Shown here: positions 10,297 to 19,942 of the stretch, piece by piece
Numbering within the stretch: position 1 is the stretch's first letter
How the letters are laid out: each line of letters starts with the position of its first letter
DNA from: an uncultured Gemmatimonadales bacterium
GTDB lineage: Bacteria; Gemmatimonadota; Gemmatimonadetes; Gemmatimonadales; GWC2-71-9
Assembly (NCBI GenBank): GCA_963836815.1
Contig: CAWILD010000012.1
Coordinates: 691,298 to 755,297 of the forward strand
Length of the DNA: 64,000 nt
Direction of reading: 5' to 3'
Notes under the pieces: generated by a model
Database searches by the model: none
Told to the model about the DNA's origin: nothing
What the model saw: the letters and a program-made list of their open reading frames with translations, nothing else
Made by a program: the position numbers and the translations under genes

Positions 10297-11676
10297 ATGC
10301 CTACGATCTCACATGCGGAGGTCGCCGTGCGGAACGCCGTCGCGCTCCTCGCGCTCGCGCTGATTGCTTCCTCCTGCGGCGGCGGGGGCGACAGCACGCC
10401 TACTCCAGTCGCCACCCGGCTCGCCTTCACCACGCAGCCGACCACGACCACCGCCGGCCAGACGGTCACCCCAGCGGTCCGGGTCGCGGTTCAGGACGCC
10501 GACGGCAACACAGTCACCACCGCCGACGACCCGGTGACGCTCACCCTCAACTCCAACGGCACCGCCGCGACGCTGAGCGGCACGACTACGGCGAACGCGT
10601 CCGGCGGGGTCGCGACCTTCGCCGATCTCGGGATCGATAAGCCCGGAACATTCACGCTCGCAGCAGCGGCGCCCACTCTGACGAGCGCGACGAGCGCGGC
10701 CTTCGACATCACTCCCATACCGGGAGTGGCGGCAGTGATCGCGCCGGTGAGCGGCAACGAGCAGACGGCCACGGTGGGCCAGGCGGTGCCCACGAGCCCG
10801 TCCGTCAAGGTCACCGACGGGTTGGGCGCACCGGTCGCGAACGTGCCGGTCAACTTCGTGATCGAAAGCGGAGGCGGGACGATAACCGGAGAGAGCCAGA
10901 CGACGGACGCGGGCGGCGTCGCGACCGTCGGTCAGTGGACGCTGAGTACGACGGCCGGAGCGAACACTCTGCTCGCGACGTCGGGCGACCTCCAGGGGAG
11001 TCCGGTCACCTTCACCGCTACGGCCCTGGCCGGGCCGCCAGTCGCCATCGTGAGCGTATCGGTCGAGGAGCAGGTGGTGAGCGTCGGTGGCGCGGTGGCT
11101 GAGCTCCCCGCCGTCCTCGTCACCGACGCCTTTGACAACCCCGTCTCCGGCGTCTCGGTGACGTTCGAGGTGACAGAGGGAGGAGGTAGCGCCACCGGGA
11201 CGTCGCAGGTGACGGCGACCGCGGACGGCATCGCGGTGGTGGGCAGCTGGACCGCGGGCAACGCGCCGGGGCAGAACACCATGAAGGCCACAGTCATGGG
11301 GCTGACCGGATCGCCGGTCACCTTCCACGCGACCGGGACGACTCTCTCGCCGGCCGTGACCGTGGAAGTCCACAGCGACTTCTTCCTGAGCCTCCGAAAC
11401 GGAAGCGGCGCCAACCCCACGGAGCTGGGTTCGGTGGCGGTGGATACCATCGCCGCCGGCGGTACGGTCACCTGGCAGTGGGTGGGCAACGGCCACAACG
11501 TCACGCCTTATCAGAACACCGCCTTCACCGCGAGCCCCACGCAGAGCGCGGGGTTCACCTACGGGCCTATCACCTTCACAACGCCCGGCACATACACCTA
11601 TCGGTGCACCATTCATAGCGGGGTGGTAAACATCCTCGGCCTGCTCGGGATGCGAGGGCGGATCGTCGTGCGGTAG
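10297..11676 (+). CDS. Lipoprotein with Ig-like (Big) repeats and a C-terminal cupredoxin domain
   Basis: Lipobox ASSC; repeated SGNEQ..VG / GSPVTFTAT; HNV...YRCTIH...M type-1 Cu ligands. Confidence 0.8.
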   Translation: MPTISHAEVAVRNAVALLALALIASSCGGGGDSTPTPVATRLAFTTQPTTTTAGQTVTPAVRVAVQDADGNTVTTADDPVTLTLNSNGTAATLSGTTTANASGGVATFADLGIDKPGTFTLAAAAPTLTSATSAAFDITPIPGVAAVIAPVSGNEQTATVGQAVPTSPSVKVTDGLGAPVANVPVNFVIESGGGTITGESQTTDAGGVATVGQWTLSTTAGANTLLATSGDLQGSPVTFTATALAGPPVAIVSVSVEEQVVSVGGAVAELPAVLVTDAFDNPVSGVSVTFEVTEGGGSATGTSQVTATADGIAVVGSWTAGNAPGQNTMKATVMGLTGSPVTFHATGTTLSPAVTVEVHSDFFLSLRNGSGANPTELGSVAVDTIAAGGTVTWQWVGNGHNVTPYQNTAFTASPTQSAGFTYGPITFTTPGTYTYRCTIHSGVVNILGLLGMRGRIVVR

Positions 11677-11779
11677 CCCGACCGTTGGCGGAGGTCTGCC
11701 CCATTCCCCAACAACCGCGGGGGTGACGCTCGCCACCCGCTGCCACATGTCGATCCCGTTTGCTCGAGCGGAACCTGGG

Positions 11780-12320
11780 GGCCATGAACCCGGTCCCGCT
11801 ACGCGCTCTGGTGTGTGCTGGCGCACGGTGGGCTCCGACCGAGCGAGGCGCTCCGGCTCACGTGGCGTGAGGTGGGGGCCGATCACGTGACCGTCCGAGG
11901 CGAGACCAAAACTCACACGGGCTGCCGGACGGTGACGCTCCCCGCCAGCACGATGGAGGCGCTCCAGTGGCACCGGACCCGGCAGGAGGCGGAGAAGATC
12001 ACCGCCGGGGCCAGCTACCACGACCGGGGGCTCGTGTTCGCCTCGGCAGACCGGCGGGCCGCTCGACCTGAAGAACGCGACGGCGCGGCACTTCAAGCCG
12101 CTGCTCACGGCGTACTACCCGCTGCCGGAACTCCGGGTCTACGACCTCCGGCACACGCACGTGACGCACCTGCTCGGCGGCTGGCACGCCGGTGCACGTG
12201 GTGGCGAAGCGGGTGGGCACGCGAGCGCCAAGATGACGCTCGACGTGTATGGCACGTGCTGAGCGGGCAGGACGGCGACGCGGTGCGAACTGGAGGCGTA
12301 CTCGGGGCGGAGACCGGTAT
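11780..12320 (+). pseudogene. Tyrosine integrase C-terminal remnant
   Basis: GLRPSEALRLTW, TKT..RTVTLP, YDLRHTH and GHASAKMTLDVYGH across frames; N-terminus absent. Confidence 0.8.
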
Positions 12321-12450
12321 GAGCGGGGATAACACGCGGGGTCAGGTTTCCTAAGCTTCTCTTCATGTACACGCTCTAGCGTCTCCTTGTACACGCCAGT
12401 AGCTTTCTCCTTTGCCTGCCGCTCCCCCATCTCACCTGCGGTAGGGCACT

Positions 12451-12570
12451 CCTTTCGACAAAGGCACACCCGGCGAAAGCCGGGGCCGCAAAGCCACGGG
12501 TCCTCGCCTCCTCCGCGACGCCGCACTGTTGACGCCACGAAGGACCCTAAGACCGCCGAGCTGCCGAAGG
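12451..12570 (+). ncRNA. c-di-GMP-I (GEMM-I) riboswitch variant, copy 1
   Basis: GGCACACC-CGGC-GAAA-GCCG-GGGCCGCAAAGCCACGGGTC...GACCGCCGAGCTGCC; P1 CCTTTCG/CGAAGG. Confidence 0.8.
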
Positions 12571-12639
12571 CACCGGTGCACCCGCCAGCCCCTATGGCGG
12601 ATTACTTATCGCTCACCCCTGACAAGGAGACTTCGCGCC

Positions 12640-13104
12640 ATGTCCCTCGACGAAAACAAAGCGGTCGTCCGCCGCATCCTGAGTGAGTTCTGGCTGGGCG
12701 GCAAGGTGGGCGTGCTTGATGAGCTTCTCGCCCCAGATTGCGTGAACTACGAGCAGTCCAACCCCGAGCTACGGGGCAAGGAGGCCTGTAAGCAGTGGGC
12801 CGAGGGGGTGCGCCTCGCCAACCGCCAGGGCTTCCCCGACTTCGACGTCGCGATCGAAGACCTCGTGGCCGAGGGCGATCGGGTGGTCAAGCGCTTTGTA
12901 TTCCGCGGCACCCACACGGGCGAGTTTAGTGGGATAGCGCCCACGGGCAAGCGGGTGACAATGCGCGGGATATCGCTCTACCGCATCGTCGACGGCAAAG
13001 TGAAGGAGCTCTACTGGAACGATGACGTCTTCGGGCTCCTGCAACAGCTCGGCGCGATCCCTGCCCCGGGACAGCAGCCGCAGCCAGCCGCCGCCGGGGC
13101 CTAG
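12640..13104 (+). CDS. SnoaL-like ester cyclase
   Basis: ENKAVVRR...FPDF..AIEDLVAEGDRV...GTHTGEFSGIAPTGKRV. Confidence 0.9.
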   Translation: MSLDENKAVVRRILSEFWLGGKVGVLDELLAPDCVNYEQSNPELRGKEACKQWAEGVRLANRQGFPDFDVAIEDLVAEGDRVVKRFVFRGTHTGEFSGIAPTGKRVTMRGISLYRIVDGKVKELYWNDDVFGLLQQLGAIPAPGQQPQPAAAGA

Positions 13105-13194
13105 TACATGTAGAAGGTGGAGGCAGGTATCGGAGCCCCGGCAGAGGCGTCGCCCCGGCACACCCGGCGAAGCTCTCACATCCATCATGGGAGG

Positions 13195-13662
13195 ATGAAC
13201 ATGCGTGTACCCTTCGGCCTGCTGCTTTTCGCCCTCGTAGCTCAAACAGGTACCGCTGCGGGCCAAACTTGGAGCCCGGAGCAACAAGAGATCTGGCGCC
13301 TCGAAGATCAGCAATGGAAGATGGGTGCCGCGAAGGACCTGACGTGGATCGAAACCATGGTTCACCCCAACATCAGCTTCTGGGACAGAGACTTTCCTGC
13401 GCCGCAGAACAAGGCCTCACTGTCGCGATGGGCCAAGTACGGCTCCGCGAGTGGCACAGTCCTGGAGCAGGAGATTTTCCCGATCTCGGCGACGATCACT
13501 GGCAACGTCGCAGTTGCGCACTACCGCTACCGGATTGCGTCCGAGAACTACAAGAAGGAGCGGGAAACTGTGACCGGCCGCTGGACCGATGTGTTCATCA
13601 AGGAAGGCGGGCGCTGGCGCTTCATCACCTGGGCTGGCGGTGACGACCCTAAGGAACAGTGA
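13195..13662 (+). CDS. Secreted NTF2-like (DUF4440) protein
   Basis: Signal peptide; GNVAVAHY...GRWTDVFIKEGGRWRF. Confidence 0.8.
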   Translation: MNMRVPFGLLLFALVAQTGTAAGQTWSPEQQEIWRLEDQQWKMGAAKDLTWIETMVHPNISFWDRDFPAPQNKASLSRWAKYGSASGTVLEQEIFPISATITGNVAVAHYRYRIASENYKKERETVTGRWTDVFIKEGGRWRFITWAGGDDPKEQ

Positions 13663-13873
13663 GAACCGCGCAAGCGCAGCCTAAGCCCGGGACTTTCCGG
13701 CGGAGCTGCGAGGCGGAGTTCGGGCGATAGGGTGCCGACGAGGGTGGGCAGCTTGTAGCCGGACGTGGGGACCACTCCGGACAGGTGATCTCGGAGTCCG
13801 TTGAGGCGGCGGTCCGGATCGTTGATGCCGCCGAGGCCGCTGTCGCAGCACGGCATGCCCCAGGGCGCTAGGG

Positions 13874-14056
13874 GTGCAAGCATCAGAGGATCATCAACGT
13901 TGGGCTCGTGTCCCACCCCATCTTGCCTGGAAGCCCGTGCTCAAACGCCATTCGGAGGGGATCGAGGCGCTACCGGGCTACCTGTGGCTGGAGATGCCGG
14001 GGAAGGTCCGGCACGTCCGCGAGCTTGATTTGGAGTTCACAAACCGGCCGGTGTGA
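13874..14056 (+). pseudogene. Fragment of a recurrent small protein family (RWARVP..LAW / PGY.WL..PGK..HV..LEF)
   Basis: Related pieces at 9279-9341, 10066-10146 and 35575-35800. Confidence 0.5.
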
Positions 14057-14104
14057 CGGGTGACTGGAACACATATCCACTTCTGCAGATCTAGACGGGT
14101 TTCA

Positions 14105-15484
14105 TCATCTCATCGCCTCTTCAATCTCATCCGCAGTGTACGGCAGGCCCGGGGTGAGAACCTCGCTTCCATGTTCACGCACCAGCACCATATCCTCCAG
14201 ATAGAAAGCCTGACCATCGACTAGGACGTCCGGTTCAAAGGCGAGCACCATGCCTGCTCGTAGAGTCTTTGGCCTCGCACAGCATTCTGCCGACTGAAGG
14301 CCGACGCCATGCAGCTGCCAGGATTCCGCCCCTCCCTGCTTCAGCAGTTGGTCCGCCGCAGCACGGCCCATCTCAGTCTTTAGTCCATCGCGTAGCTTGC
14401 GCACCCGATTCAGGCTTGCATGTATGACATCGTCGCTTGTTACTCCATCACGCATGTGCCCGAGACCGGCGCGGTATGCCGCGACGAGAAGTTGCCAAAC
14501 CTCCCGCTGCCCAGCCGAGAACCGGCCTGACACCGGCGCGGTTCGCCCAACGTCCCCCAGGTAATGACCTAGGTCGCATCCCACATCCAGGCGGATCAGT
14601 TCACCAGGTTGCATCAGCCGGTCGAGATGATGGTAGTCCACGAAGGATGCGAAAATACCAGACACGACCGCGTTCGGCCCAGACATTGTCCATGGCCAGA
14701 ACGACGGTCCCTCTCCACCGCCAGTCACACATTGCCCGACCACGGCTAACTCTACGAGCCGCTGACGTTGTAAAGGTGCCACAGCCTGCAACGCAGCGCG
14801 TAGAGCTTCGGCACTCAATGCCCCTACCTGCCGCAGCACCGCGATCTCGGCTGGGCTCTTGATCCATCTTAGGCTGTCGAGCAGGCCGCGGGCGGAGTGT
14901 AAGGCCAACTTCGGCCAGCGCTGCCGAAGAGCTGAACTCCAGAGGGCAGCCAGATCGTGAGAGGGTGGAATACCAGCCGGCGTCTCAGCTGTAATCGTGT
15001 CGGTGAGATAGACCGGCAGTCCTGGTTGTTCAGCGAACCGGCGGTCTAGATAAACCGGGAAGCTGTCCCAGGGTAAGATGCGATGAAATCCCAGGCTCGC
15101 GTTAGACGCTGACGTGGGTTTTGGGGACCAACGCGAAAAGGCATCAGGCAGAGGTCCAACGAACAGGATGGATCGCTGTCGAAGGCCATCAATCAGTAGA
15201 ACCATCCCCGGTGCGTTGCCGAGACCTGAGAGGTAGTAAAAATCCGGATTCTGGCGAAAGCCGTGCTGATCCTCGGCTTTTGGCTCAAACCTTGATGGAA
15301 CCACGAGGACTGCATGTGGAAGGGCCGCCGCGACTTTGGCTCGCCGCGCAGGAAAATCACTGCTTGGCACTTGGGCGGGTGTTTGGCCCTTAGCAGTTGA
15401 AGTAGACAGAAGAGTGCCAACGCCTATGGTACCAAGAACGAGCCTGAGATACTGCCTCATCCGGAACTCCTTTCGCAACTCCAT
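14105..15484 (-). CDS. Secreted Xaa-Pro aminopeptidase (M24B)
   Basis: FRQNPDFYYLSG, IKSPAEI, D-x10-D (DVGCDLGHYLGD), HGVG, FEP, LED. Confidence 0.85.
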   Translation of the reverse strand: MELRKEFRMRQYLRLVLGTIGVGTLLSTSTAKGQTPAQVPSSDFPARRAKVAAALPHAVLVVPSRFEPKAEDQHGFRQNPDFYYLSGLGNAPGMVLLIDGLRQRSILFVGPLPDAFSRWSPKPTSASNASLGFHRILPWDSFPVYLDRRFAEQPGLPVYLTDTITAETPAGIPPSHDLAALWSSALRQRWPKLALHSARGLLDSLRWIKSPAEIAVLRQVGALSAEALRAALQAVAPLQRQRLVELAVVGQCVTGGGEGPSFWPWTMSGPNAVVSGIFASFVDYHHLDRLMQPGELIRLDVGCDLGHYLGDVGRTAPVSGRFSAGQREVWQLLVAAYRAGLGHMRDGVTSDDVIHASLNRVRKLRDGLKTEMGRAAADQLLKQGGAESWQLHGVGLQSAECCARPKTLRAGMVLAFEPDVLVDGQAFYLEDMVLVREHGSEVLTPGLPYTADEIEEAMR

Positions 15485-15589
15485 CCTGAGAAATCCCGAT
15501 CAGGTTGCTGATTGGGCCGGCTCGACATCATCGGTGCCAGGCTGATTCAGGTCTACCAACTCACGACAAGGCAGCACGAATCCGCCTTT

Positions 15590-15850
15590 CGTGGAGAGAT
15601 AGCCCGGCCGTGGCGGCTGCATTGCGCAGCGCCGACTCGTGGGGCTGATCCCTAGGAAAGCGACGCTCTCCCGAGTGTTTGCAGGGGATGGGCACGGTCG
15701 CGAGCTATTCGAAGCGCGCAGCGCCTGGACCTGGAGGGCTAGCGAAGCGGAAGTCCGATTCTACTCGCCGCGACGGTTGGTACAAGATCAAGAGCCCACC
15801 TATACCCAGGGCGAGAAGGTGGGAGCTGTTCCAGGAGAAGCACCCCTGAG
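15590..15850 (+). pseudogene. ATP-dependent DNA ligase adenylation-domain remnant
   Basis: GRELFEA..RLDLEG..KRK.D.Y...WYKIKSPTYTQ recoverable across frames (motifs IV and V). Confidence 0.55.
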
Positions 15851-15897
15851 CTCCGTGCTTGACAGCCTTTGTACCGTCTCTAAATCAGTCACACCAT

Positions 15898-16026
15898 CCC
15901 TCGACAAAGGCACACCCGGCGAAAGCCGGGGCCGCAAAGCCACGGGTCCTCGCCGCCCTCCGCGACGCCGCACGGGTTACCCCCGCCTGACGCCACGAAG
16001 GACTCCATGACCGCCGAGCTGCCGAA
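15898..16026 (+). ncRNA. c-di-GMP-I riboswitch variant, copy 2
   Basis: Near-identical core to copy 1; TTGACA promoter element at 15859. Confidence 0.8.
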
Positions 16027-16095
16027 CGCGCAGCACAGGGCGTCCGCGGTTAATCCGAAACGCATCCCGTTGAGATCCTCTTCCTCGGGGTCCGC

Positions 16096-16646
16096 ATGCA
16101 TCGTTCCTTCCTCCCCGCTCAGCCGCGCTCGCGCGCGTGCTCGCGCTCGGCTGCGGCGATCCCACGCCTTCCGAACCTACTGAAATTTCCCGGCCTTTCG
16201 GCTTTGCCGCGAGCGCGGCGACGACGCAAATCGGGGGTTGGGTTCTTCGACGCAGTTGCGTGCCCGGCCCCTCCGACCGGGTATGAGGACTTCATCGCGT
16301 ACCCCGGCATCGCGATGACCGGGAGCCTGGAAGGTTGCTGGTACACGAAAGTCGTGACCAGCAGAGATAACGGGACCCCGAGCGGGGTGTACCAGGAGCG
16401 CGGTGAAGAGGTCTTCGTCGGCAGCTTCGATGGCGGGCCCGAGGGGACGTTTACCACGACCTACAATTTCTCGTCTAAGTGGGAACCGGACGTGACTAAC
16501 GGCTCAGAGGTCCGCGGACGCTGCCAGCACCCGATCGTCGCGGGCAGCGGCACCGGTGGATTCGAGGGTGCCACCGGTCGGCTCGACTTCAAAGACGATG
16601 TCGAAACAGGAGATTATTTTGGCGGGGCCATATCAGCCTTCCGTGA
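16096..16646 (+). CDS. Secreted beta-rich lipoprotein (frameshifted N-terminus)
   Basis: LALGC lipobox in a shifted frame; GRCQHPIVAGSGTGGFEGATGRLDF (AOC/dirigent-like barrel style). Confidence 0.6.
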
Positions 16647-16738
16647 CCTCCTGCCGTGGCAGCTGATGAGGTCGATCTCTAGGTAGTCTCCTTCCCTCAC
16701 TGGCCACTTCTCTGACCTCGGAGCCGGGCCACGAGGGA

Positions 16739-16897
16739 TCACTCCTCCCGCCGGTTGACGAGCTCGGGCACGACGTAGGTGCAGCCGTCGCGCCAGACGT
16801 AGCAACCGGCGCGGTGCGGGTGCGGCGTCGAGGTGACGCTGTACCACTTGCGCCCGCGCTTCACGCGGGCACCGAACGGGTACGCGTCAGTCGTCAT
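16739..16897 (-). CDS. Small hypothetical protein, paralogue of 17572-17820
   Basis: Shared PHPHR.GCYVWR.G..YV.PELVN.REE. Confidence 0.55.
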   Translation of the reverse strand: MTTDAYPFGARVKRGRKWYSVTSTPHPHRAGCYVWRDGCTYVVPELVNRREE

Positions 16898-16947
16898 CGG
16901 GAGTGCGCGGAGAACGGCGCCGCTCCCGTACCCCGCCCTTCTTCCGT

Positions 16948-17338
16948 TCAATCGCTGATCAATAGCGGCCGCACAGTCGCCCGCAATTGTTCGGGGGTAA
17001 ACGGCTCTCGCAGGGTGGGCACGTCGGGCGGCAAGCTGTCCGGTATATCGTCGGGAGAATCAAGGTTCTTGACGTACAAAATCACGAGCGTCGGCAGCTC
17101 CTCGCGGACCCGCCGAATAAGCTGAGGCCCGTTCAATCCGGGCATACTGGTGTTGGTGATCGAGGAGATCAATCCTGCGAAGGTGGAGACAGAGTTCAAG
17201 CACGGTAAGTCCGTCGTAGGCTTGAAAGACGCAGTGGTCGTCTTTCCGGAGCGTCCGGACAATCATATCCAATAGCTCTTGATTCCGGTCGGCGCAAACA
17301 ATATGCGCCCCGCTGTGCAGGCGGGAATGCGGCAACAT
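16948..17338 (-). CDS. Aspartate-less single-domain receiver (one frameshift)
   Basis: REC pattern with ITNTSMPG (D to N) and LREPF (K to E). Confidence 0.7.
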
Positions 17339-17571
17339 TGTGGACCTTTGGAACCCGGCAATCCCACAACGGCCAGGAAATGGCAAGGCGAGGAAAGAAC
17401 CTTAGAGGAACGAACTTCTACCACGAATTATAACACCATCTCCTACCAGAGGTGCCCCTTCCGTGCGTCAAGTACCTACTCGCGGAAGTGTGGCGCTCGG
17501 ACGGAGGCCCAAGCGTCCAAACGTACAGGCCAACGGTGATGAAGCCGATGTGCGAGATCAGCGGGGGCGAA

Positions 17572-17820
17572 TCAGGCCATCGCCGGGACGATCACGAAGC
17601 CGGCGACGCGGGGCAAGCCGTCCGGCTCCGGCGGGGGCAGCCCGTGCACGATGCGCTGCTCCTCCCGCTGGTTGACGAGTTCGGGTAGGACGTACACCTG
17701 CCCCGAGCGCCAGACGTAGCAGCCGTGGCGGTGAGGGTGCGGGATCGAGACGACGGTGCGCCATTGGCGCGGCCCCACCCGCACGCGTTGACCGAAGCAA
17801 TACTCGGGCTCACTCGTCAT
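17572..17820 (-). CDS. Small hypothetical protein
   Basis: Paralogue of 16739-16897. Confidence 0.55.
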   Translation of the reverse strand: MTSEPEYCFGQRVRVGPRQWRTVVSIPHPHRHGCYVWRSGQVYVLPELVNQREEQRIVHGLPPPEPDGLPRVAGFVIVPAMA

Positions 17821-17879
17821 CGGGACCACGCGGCGTGCGGCGACGCTCGACCCCCGCCACCGTTGCCGCTGCCGGTCCA

Positions 17880-18268
17880 TTACCCGGGGATCACAAAAGC
17901 GTCGCGGGCGACGAGCTCGCGGCCATTCGACGGGGCTCGAAACGTCGGCATCACCGCCACTGGCGGGTAGACTTCAGCGCGGGCCTCGGCCTCGCTGTAG
18001 CTCATGCCGCCGTAGCGCCCCAACACATCGGCTGCTCGTATCCGGTCCGCGTTCGACACATCGGGCAGCTTGCCGCGCACAATCGCCCGCAGCACCGGAA
18101 TCGCGGCCTCGAAGCCCTGCATGCAGGCTTCGCGTATCGCGGATTTCGGACGGCCACTGCGTCCCGGCTTGCCGCCCAGTTCCCCGGATTCCCCGGCACG
18201 ATCGCCGCGCCGCCTTGCGGGGGACGAACGCGACGGGTCGGGTTTTTAGCCGGGTTTTTTCGCGCCAT
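17880..18268 (-). CDS. Second TerS-like protein (DUF5681-type GNP motif; frameshifted)
   Basis: GNPGN.GGKPGRSGRPKS followed by DRIRAADVLGRYG. Confidence 0.5.
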
Positions 18269-18571
18269 CTGTCAGGTCCTCTCCGGTGATTGCGCCTCGA
18301 TCCATGGGGTCACCGGGGCTCCATAGGGTTACCCGAGTTCCATGGACCTTCCCCGGTGCAGCCTCGGAGTCGAGCATGCCAGTGGGGCAGCGGAAAAATC
18401 CTTGCGCACTCGCGGCCGGATTCCTACCGTTCATACGGCGTCACCTCCAAGCAGAGCGTGATGCTGCTCCACAAGCGAAGAGAAGAGGGACAGGGCGCGC
18501 CCTCCGTCGGCCACGGGGGGCGTCGCACGTGCGGGGGCCAGCTCCACAGGGGCGTCGTGCGTCGGCAGGGC

Positions 18572-18791
18572 TGCGGGACTTTCCGTGGGACTCGGGCCGA
18601 GATACGGCGGGGCACGGCGGGCCATACGGGGGAGTGGGCCGGGGCATCGCGAGGCACCGGGACGCACGCTCCCTTGTGCGCCGCCATAGCCAAGGCTCTT
18701 TTAATCCCTAGGTCGTGGGTTCGAGCCCCACCGCCCTCATAACGACTTACGAGTTGGGGCGTCTCCGCCTGTGGGGACTTCTGTGGGGACT
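18572..18791 (+). other. att junction: tRNA-Lys(TTT) 3' half (18698-18739) with arm-type repeats on both sides
   Basis: CTTTTAA-TCCCTAGGTC-GTGGGTTCGAGCCCCAC-CGCCCTCA; GGGACT direct repeats at 18572-18592 and 18770-18791. Confidence 0.75.
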
Positions 18792-18808
18792 CTACGCCTG
18801 GGTCTAGG

Positions 18809-18940
18809 ATGGGAACCCGTTCCAAGAACAACCCGCCGCGGCGACAGGGGCCAAAGCCCCAGCGCCCAATCCTACCATTGGGTGCCGTCGCATTGACTCT
18901 CAAGAAGGCCCCACCAAAGAAGAAGGGCCGGGGGAAGTAG
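18809..18940 (+). CDS. Possible 43-aa basic peptide
   Basis: MGTRSKNNPPRRQGPKPQRPILPLGAVALTLKKAPPKKKGRGK; ends in the terminator; no clear RBS. Confidence 0.3.
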   Translation: MGTRSKNNPPRRQGPKPQRPILPLGAVALTLKKAPPKKKGRGK

Positions 18941-18952
18941 CCCCCGGCCCTT
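18923..18952. terminator. Intrinsic terminator, probably bidirectional
   Basis: AAGGGCCGGGGG-AAGTAG-CCCCCGGCCCTT perfect 12-bp stem with T-rich tails. Confidence 0.75.
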
Positions 18953-18977
18953 TCACTTGTTCAGCCTGCCGCGGGGA

Positions 18978-19061
18978 TCACCCGCAGGTGCAGGCGCTGG
19001 TCCCGCAGCAACACCCGGTGTCGCAGCACCCCTTGGTGCAGCCGCAAGTGGTCTCCTTCAT
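18978..19061 (-). CDS. Metallothionein-like Cys-rich microprotein (27 aa, 9 Cys)
   Basis: MKETTCGCTKGCCDTGCCCGTSACTCG*; GGAGG 5 nt before ATG; promoter upstream and terminator downstream. Confidence 0.75.
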   Translation of the reverse strand: MKETTCGCTKGCCDTGCCCGTSACTCG

Positions 19062-19099
19062 TCTGGCCTCCCTACGGGGCTGGGCAGCTCCGCACTCCG

Positions 19100-19128
19100 A
19101 AGATATGGTTCAAGAAGTCCGCTATCAA
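19100..19128 (-). promoter_or_regulatory. Sigma70-type promoter for the Cys-rich gene
   Basis: TTGATA-N17-TATCTT on the minus strand. Confidence 0.55.
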
Positions 19129-19181
19129 CCGACTTGCGATCGGTTTCTCACTTCAGCGGACGAGGATGCCAGTTCTCGGCT

Positions 19182-19403
19182 GTGAAGCTGCGCGTGCCGG
19201 ATCTGATGAAGCAGGCGGACATGACCGCCTATCGGCTGGCCGCCGAGAGCAGGGGCCGGATCAGCCAGCGGACGGCATACCGCCCCTCCGTGGGCGAGAA
19301 GGAATCGGTGCGGCTTGAGGAACTGGCGGCGCTCTGCGACGTGTTCGGACTCACGGGCGTGGGCGAGCTGGTTGAGCTGCGGCAGGGGCGAAGGGCGGGA
19401 TGA
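19182..19403 (+). CDS. Cro/XRE HTH repressor, second copy
   Basis: Close paralogue of 8530-8754. Confidence 0.75.
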   Translation: MKLRVPDLMKQADMTAYRLAAESRGRISQRTAYRPSVGEKESVRLEELAALCDVFGLTGVGELVELRQGRRAG

Positions 19404-19499
19404 GCGTGGCCACGATCGGTCAAGACTGCAAGCTTCCTTGAACCGCTTCAGACGAGTCTAAAGTCCGACCATGGCTCTCCAGCCCTGCCGCGAGTGCGG

Positions 19500-19900
19500 A
19501 CAGCCAGCCGCTCCGATTTCTGCTGGCTGACGACCCCGGAGCGGGCAACACCATCATGGCGGGGCTACTGATCAAGGAACTGATCGCGCGCGGCGATCTC
19601 CGGCGCTGCCTGATTGTCTGCCCTGGCAGCCTGGTCGAGCAGTGGCAGGACGAGCTGTACCGGCGCTTTCATCTGCCGTTCGAGATCTTGACGAATGACA
19701 AGCTCGAGGCCGCCCGCAGCGGGAACTGGTTCCTGGAGAACGACCTCGCCATCGCGCGCCTGGACAAGCTGTCTCGCGACGAGGACGTGCAGCAGAAACT
19801 CAGCGCGCCGGACTGCCGATATGACCTCATCGTGTGCGACGAGGCGCACAAGATGTCAGCCACGATTTTCAGTGGCGAACTCAAGCCAACTAAGCGCCCG
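19500..19900 (+). pseudogene. Internal fragment of an SNF2-family helicase
   Basis: RFLLADDPGAGNTIMAGLLIKEL (Walker A Lys replaced), CPGSLVEQWQDEL, DEAHKM; truncated at both ends. Confidence 0.85.
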
Positions 19901-19942
19901 AATCCCCAGCAGGTTGACCGACATGTCTGCTTGGGCGAGAGG

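Noticed and set aside
10309-12108. Long antisense ORFs (also 50015-51514, 53125-54531, 59993-61909, 61677-63548)
   Set aside because: Shadow ORFs of real high-GC genes on the opposite strand, with no recognisable motifs
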